Origin: Candidatus Latescibacterota bacterium
Lineage (GTDB): Bacteria; Latescibacterota; UBA2968; GCA-2709665
Length of the DNA: 64,000 nt
Assembly: GCA_965208835.1 (NCBI GenBank)
Contig: OZ242358.1
Span: 4,992,001 to 5,056,000, forward strand
Direction: 5' to 3'
Shown here: positions 61,010 to 64,000 of the stretch, in pieces
Layout of the letters: every line of letters starts with the position of its first letter
Position numbering within the stretch: position 1 is the first letter of the stretch
Notes under the pieces: model-generated
What the model saw: the letters and a program-made list of their open reading frames with translations, nothing else
Told to the model about the DNA's origin: nothing
Databases searched by the model: none
Position numbers and translations under genes: made by a program

Positions 61010-61223
61010 ATGCCGAGACTACAGGGTGTCAACCATCTCGATGCTGTGCCCGCACTGGAAAAAAGCGGGTTTTCGAACGGCACGCCAGGGCAAGCACATC
61101 ATAATGACTGATGGCGTGCGCATTCTGACCATTCCAAGGAATAATCCTGTAAATGCGTTCACTATGGGAGGAATTGTTAAGGACGCAGGATTGACCATTG
61201 GAGAATTTCGCAGGCTTTTGTGA
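61010..61223 (+). pseudogene. hicA: HicA toxin with one extra A in a poly-A run
   Basis: MPRLQGVNHLDAVPALEK, then in the next frame AGFRTARQGKHIIM..LTIPR..MGGIVKDAGLT; A6 at 61059-61064. Confidence 0.82.
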
Positions 61224-61238
61224 CGGCAAGAGCAGGAG

Positions 61239-62003
61239 GTGTCCGTTTTGGAATGGTATGAGGATGAGTCGTTCTGGAAAGCGACTTGTCCGTTTCTGTT
61301 TTCCGAGACAAGGTTTGAGGCTGCCGAGACGCACCTTGAAAGTATCCTGAATCTGGTCGGCATGGACTCGGGCCCGGTCCTCGACCTGTGTTGCGGACCC
61401 GGCCGCGTTTCTATCCCGCTGGCGCAGCGCGGGTTCAGGGTCACGGCGGTCGACAGGAGCCCGTTTCTGCTGGACGAAGGGCGGAAGAGGGCGGCGCAAA
61501 GGGATCTGGATATAGAATGGGTTGAGAGAGACATGCGCGAGTTTGAGCGACCGGAAGCCTTCGACCTTGTCCTCAACCTAAACACTTCCTTCGGATACTT
61601 CGATGCCAAAGACGAAGACGTACGGGTGCTGCGGAAGATCTTCGCCAGCCTGAAGCCCGGCGGACATCTCGTGATGGATCTCATGGGCAAAGAGAAGCTC
61701 GCGCGGATTTTCCAGCCGACGGTCTCCGAGAAGCTCGAAGACGGTACCCTTCTGGTTCAGCGCCATGAGATCTTCGACGAATGGACACGGATCAGGAATG
61801 AATGGACCATCATCAAGGGTACCGAGGTCCGTACCTTCGAATTTCACCACACGGTATATTCCGGCCAGGAGTTGAAGGACAGGTTGCAGTCCGTCGGCTT
61901 TCAAGATGTAAGGCTCTGCGGCAGTTTCGAAGGAGAGGAATACGGCAGGGAATCCGACCGGTTTGTGGCCGTCGCCGGAAAACCGGACGGTGAAACTGTC
62001 TGA
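61239..62003 (+). CDS. Class I SAM-dependent methyltransferase
   Basis: VLDLCCGPGR, TSFGYF, LKPGG. Confidence 0.9.
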   Translation: MSVLEWYEDESFWKATCPFLFSETRFEAAETHLESILNLVGMDSGPVLDLCCGPGRVSIPLAQRGFRVTAVDRSPFLLDEGRKRAAQRDLDIEWVERDMREFERPEAFDLVLNLNTSFGYFDAKDEDVRVLRKIFASLKPGGHLVMDLMGKEKLARIFQPTVSEKLEDGTLLVQRHEIFDEWTRIRNEWTIIKGTEVRTFEFHHTVYSGQELKDRLQSVGFQDVRLCGSFEGEEYGRESDRFVAVAGKPDGETV

Positions 62004-62067
62004 TCATACGACCGGAAGCGCGCCGGTCTCGCGAAGGTGTCAGTCCTTACAGCAAGCAATGGAACTC

Positions 62068-62493
62068 ATGGACACCCACGACGCGAAGTCAATCAGATAC
62101 CAGAGTAGCCTTGAGGGAATCCGTTCCGACAATCTCAAGGGTCACTTCATGGGTTGGCCCAATCCCCCCTCTCCGGATGCGCATCTCAGGATTCTTCAGG
62201 GCAGCGATTACCTCGTTCTGGCTGTTTCGACGCAAGGAACGGTCGCCGGCTGGATTTCCGCCATTTCGGACGGCGTGTCCTGTGCGTATATTCCCCACCT
62301 CAGCGTACTCCCGGAATACCAGGGTATGGGCATTGGCGCCGAGCTTGTCAGGCGAATGCTCGAACAGGTCGGCCATCTCTACATGATCGACCTTGCGTGC
62401 GACCGGGATGTGGCCGATTTCTACGTCAAGCAGGGGTTTTCCGAGTGCGTGGGCATGGTCGTCCGTAATTTCGAGAGACAAAACTGCGAATAG
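62068..62493 (+). CDS. GNAT acetyltransferase
   Basis: LSVLPEYQGMGIGAELVR, FYVKQGF; exact start uncertain. Confidence 0.85.
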   Translation: MDTHDAKSIRYQSSLEGIRSDNLKGHFMGWPNPPSPDAHLRILQGSDYLVLAVSTQGTVAGWISAISDGVSCAYIPHLSVLPEYQGMGIGAELVRRMLEQVGHLYMIDLACDRDVADFYVKQGFSECVGMVVRNFERQNCE

Positions 62494-62634
62494 AGCGGCG
62501 AACCGCGACGATTACATGCGTTAATCGGGGCAAATCGCAGCCAATAAATACTATATATAATATGATAGATACTATATTTGATATATAGAACGCACACAAA
62601 ACATCCTGAAACGCTTGTAATAGAAAATGAAAAC

Positions 62635-63459
62635 ATGAAGATCGTCGATCCGGACAAGGCAGCCGCTTTCGTTCTCGACGCGAATGATCCCGTTCTTTCG
62701 AGTCTCGCCCTGTATGCGCGTGGCAATTGCGGTCGCGAAGAGGTGATAAACGCGCTTCGGGTCTATCAACGGAATGACGGGGGCTGGACGCGAACCGACA
62801 AGGACTTTCAGGGAGACCTGTCCATAATCAGCGCGACGTGGGTAGCCGTGCAATGGTTGAACTGGATCGGAGATCGAAACAGTTCGGTACTTACCGACAC
62901 GGTCGATTATCTTCGAAGAACCCAGCGTGAAGACGGGAGCTGGGATGAGCCGGATGAGATTGTCGATTTCAATCCGCCATTCTGGATGCTGCCCGGGCGG
63001 TACGAGAATCAGGTGTGGCTGACCTCCGCGATCTGTTGTAAACTGAAGGAATCGGGCCGGGAACAACAGGTGGATTACACAAAGGCGCTGGAGTTTCTCC
63101 GGCAGGGCTGGAATGGCGAAAGATTCCCGGTCTACCAGCACACGCATTGGATGACAATGCCTCTGTTGAGTCTGATTGGAACCGGCGACGACGCGGATGA
63201 GAAAATCATCGAAGGCTGCAGGGACGTTCTTTACGATGCCGTGTCCACGGACGGGGCGGACCCGGGAGACACGATCTCGATCGCTTATGCCAGCCACCTT
63301 GCCGGTGAAATCGCGAAAGACCTTTTCGATATATCGCTCGAAAAGGCAATCGGCTTTCAGCAGGATGACGGGGGCTGGACCACGAATCACGGAGACGAAC
63401 ATCGAGCCGCCTTCACGGTCGAAGCGCTGTTTCTGTTCAGGAGAATCGGCGCGGTCTGA
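62635..63459 (+). CDS. Prenyltransferase/squalene-cyclase (QW-repeat) fold protein
   Basis: YQRNDGGW, TQREDGSW, FQQDDGGW. Confidence 0.72.
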   Translation: MKIVDPDKAAAFVLDANDPVLSSLALYARGNCGREEVINALRVYQRNDGGWTRTDKDFQGDLSIISATWVAVQWLNWIGDRNSSVLTDTVDYLRRTQREDGSWDEPDEIVDFNPPFWMLPGRYENQVWLTSAICCKLKESGREQQVDYTKALEFLRQGWNGERFPVYQHTHWMTMPLLSLIGTGDDADEKIIEGCRDVLYDAVSTDGADPGDTISIAYASHLAGEIAKDLFDISLEKAIGFQQDDGGWTTNHGDEHRAAFTVEALFLFRRIGAV

Positions 63460-63565
63460 ATGCCATGGTGCGCTGGGAAGAAAGACACTGGCAGGTGAAG
63501 ACGCTTGATCTGGCAGCGCAATTTGTCAGTTTGCGCTACGGTGAAAAACAGTCCGTCGAAGCGCG

Positions 63566-63681
63566 TTCATTGAGCTTGTCGAAATGCCCGCGCTTCGCTC
63601 TCGGAACCATGCCATTCGACCTTCGCCGACCCTTCGACCCTTCGACAGGCTCAGGGACCACAAGCTCAGGGAGCGGCTCAG
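63566..63681. repeat. REP-like cluster (TGAGCYTGTCGAA family)
   Basis: cattgagcttgtcgaaatg and cccttcgacaggctcaggg; shares 25 nt with 4964-4988. Confidence 0.7.
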
Positions 63682-63749
63682 CACGCACATGCGGAGGAAC
63701 TCCTGGTGATACCGCCACAGCACAGGAAATTCCTCCAGGGACCTTCGAA

Positions 63750-64000
63750 ATGACGCCTCCATCCAACGATGCGACATCCGATGAGACGGCCCGGTACTAT
63801 GCGGCGCGCGCGCCGGAATACGACCTCAGCGCCGGGTATCTGACTCTCGATGCAGACCCTGTCCGCGTCGCGAAAAAGAGAAGGTTTCAGCAGATTTTTC
63901 GGGGACACGACGTCATCGAGATCGCGTGTGGAACCGGATACTGGACGGCGGTCCTCGCGGAAACCGCAAAGTCGGTTGTCGGAATCGACGTCAATCCGGA
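63750..64000 (+). CDS. Class I SAM-dependent methyltransferase (truncated by window end)
   Basis: Manual translation MTPPSND...RYYAARAPEYD...VIEIACGTGYWT...VVGIDVNP. Confidence 0.8.
   Translation, partial: MTPPSNDATSDETARYYAARAPEYDLSAGYLTLDADPVRVAKKRRFQQIFRGHDVIEIACGTGYWTAVLAETAKSVVGIDVNP

Noticed and set aside
61058-61065. AAAAAAG as a programmed -1 frameshift site in hicA
   Set aside because: The heptamer is not in A-AAA-AAG phase and the required shift is +1.

Overview
GC-rich bacterial genomic window with no rRNA, tRNA or CRISPR array found. The gene content (heparinase-like lyase, sialidase-like propellers, three PhyH dioxygenases, an ankyrin protein, GPP34, several toxin-antitoxin loci, Tsx and DcaP-like porins) suggests a diderm heterotroph, possibly a marine-invertebrate symbiont (inference only). 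Main oddities: (1) a lower-GC, tightly coupled NurA-like nuclease + HerA ATPase + amino-methyltransferase operon (32.6-37.0 kb), a candidate undescribed restriction-like defence system; (2) six tandem lipoproteins (16.9-27.0 kb) in which one conserved, unnamed ~90-aa beta-rich module is fused to two divergent LivJ-type binding domains, with no transporter; (3) a 130-210 bp hairpin element present six times in the same orientation, with a compensatory base change and a conserved C-RRA-G triloop, twice bracketing toxin-antitoxin genes; (4) an orphan RamA/RamB-like exporter pair with a structured leader; (5) transporters and sensors with odd domain fusions, plus frameshifts and a probable ATC start. 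All calls come from reading motifs by eye; no database searches were run.
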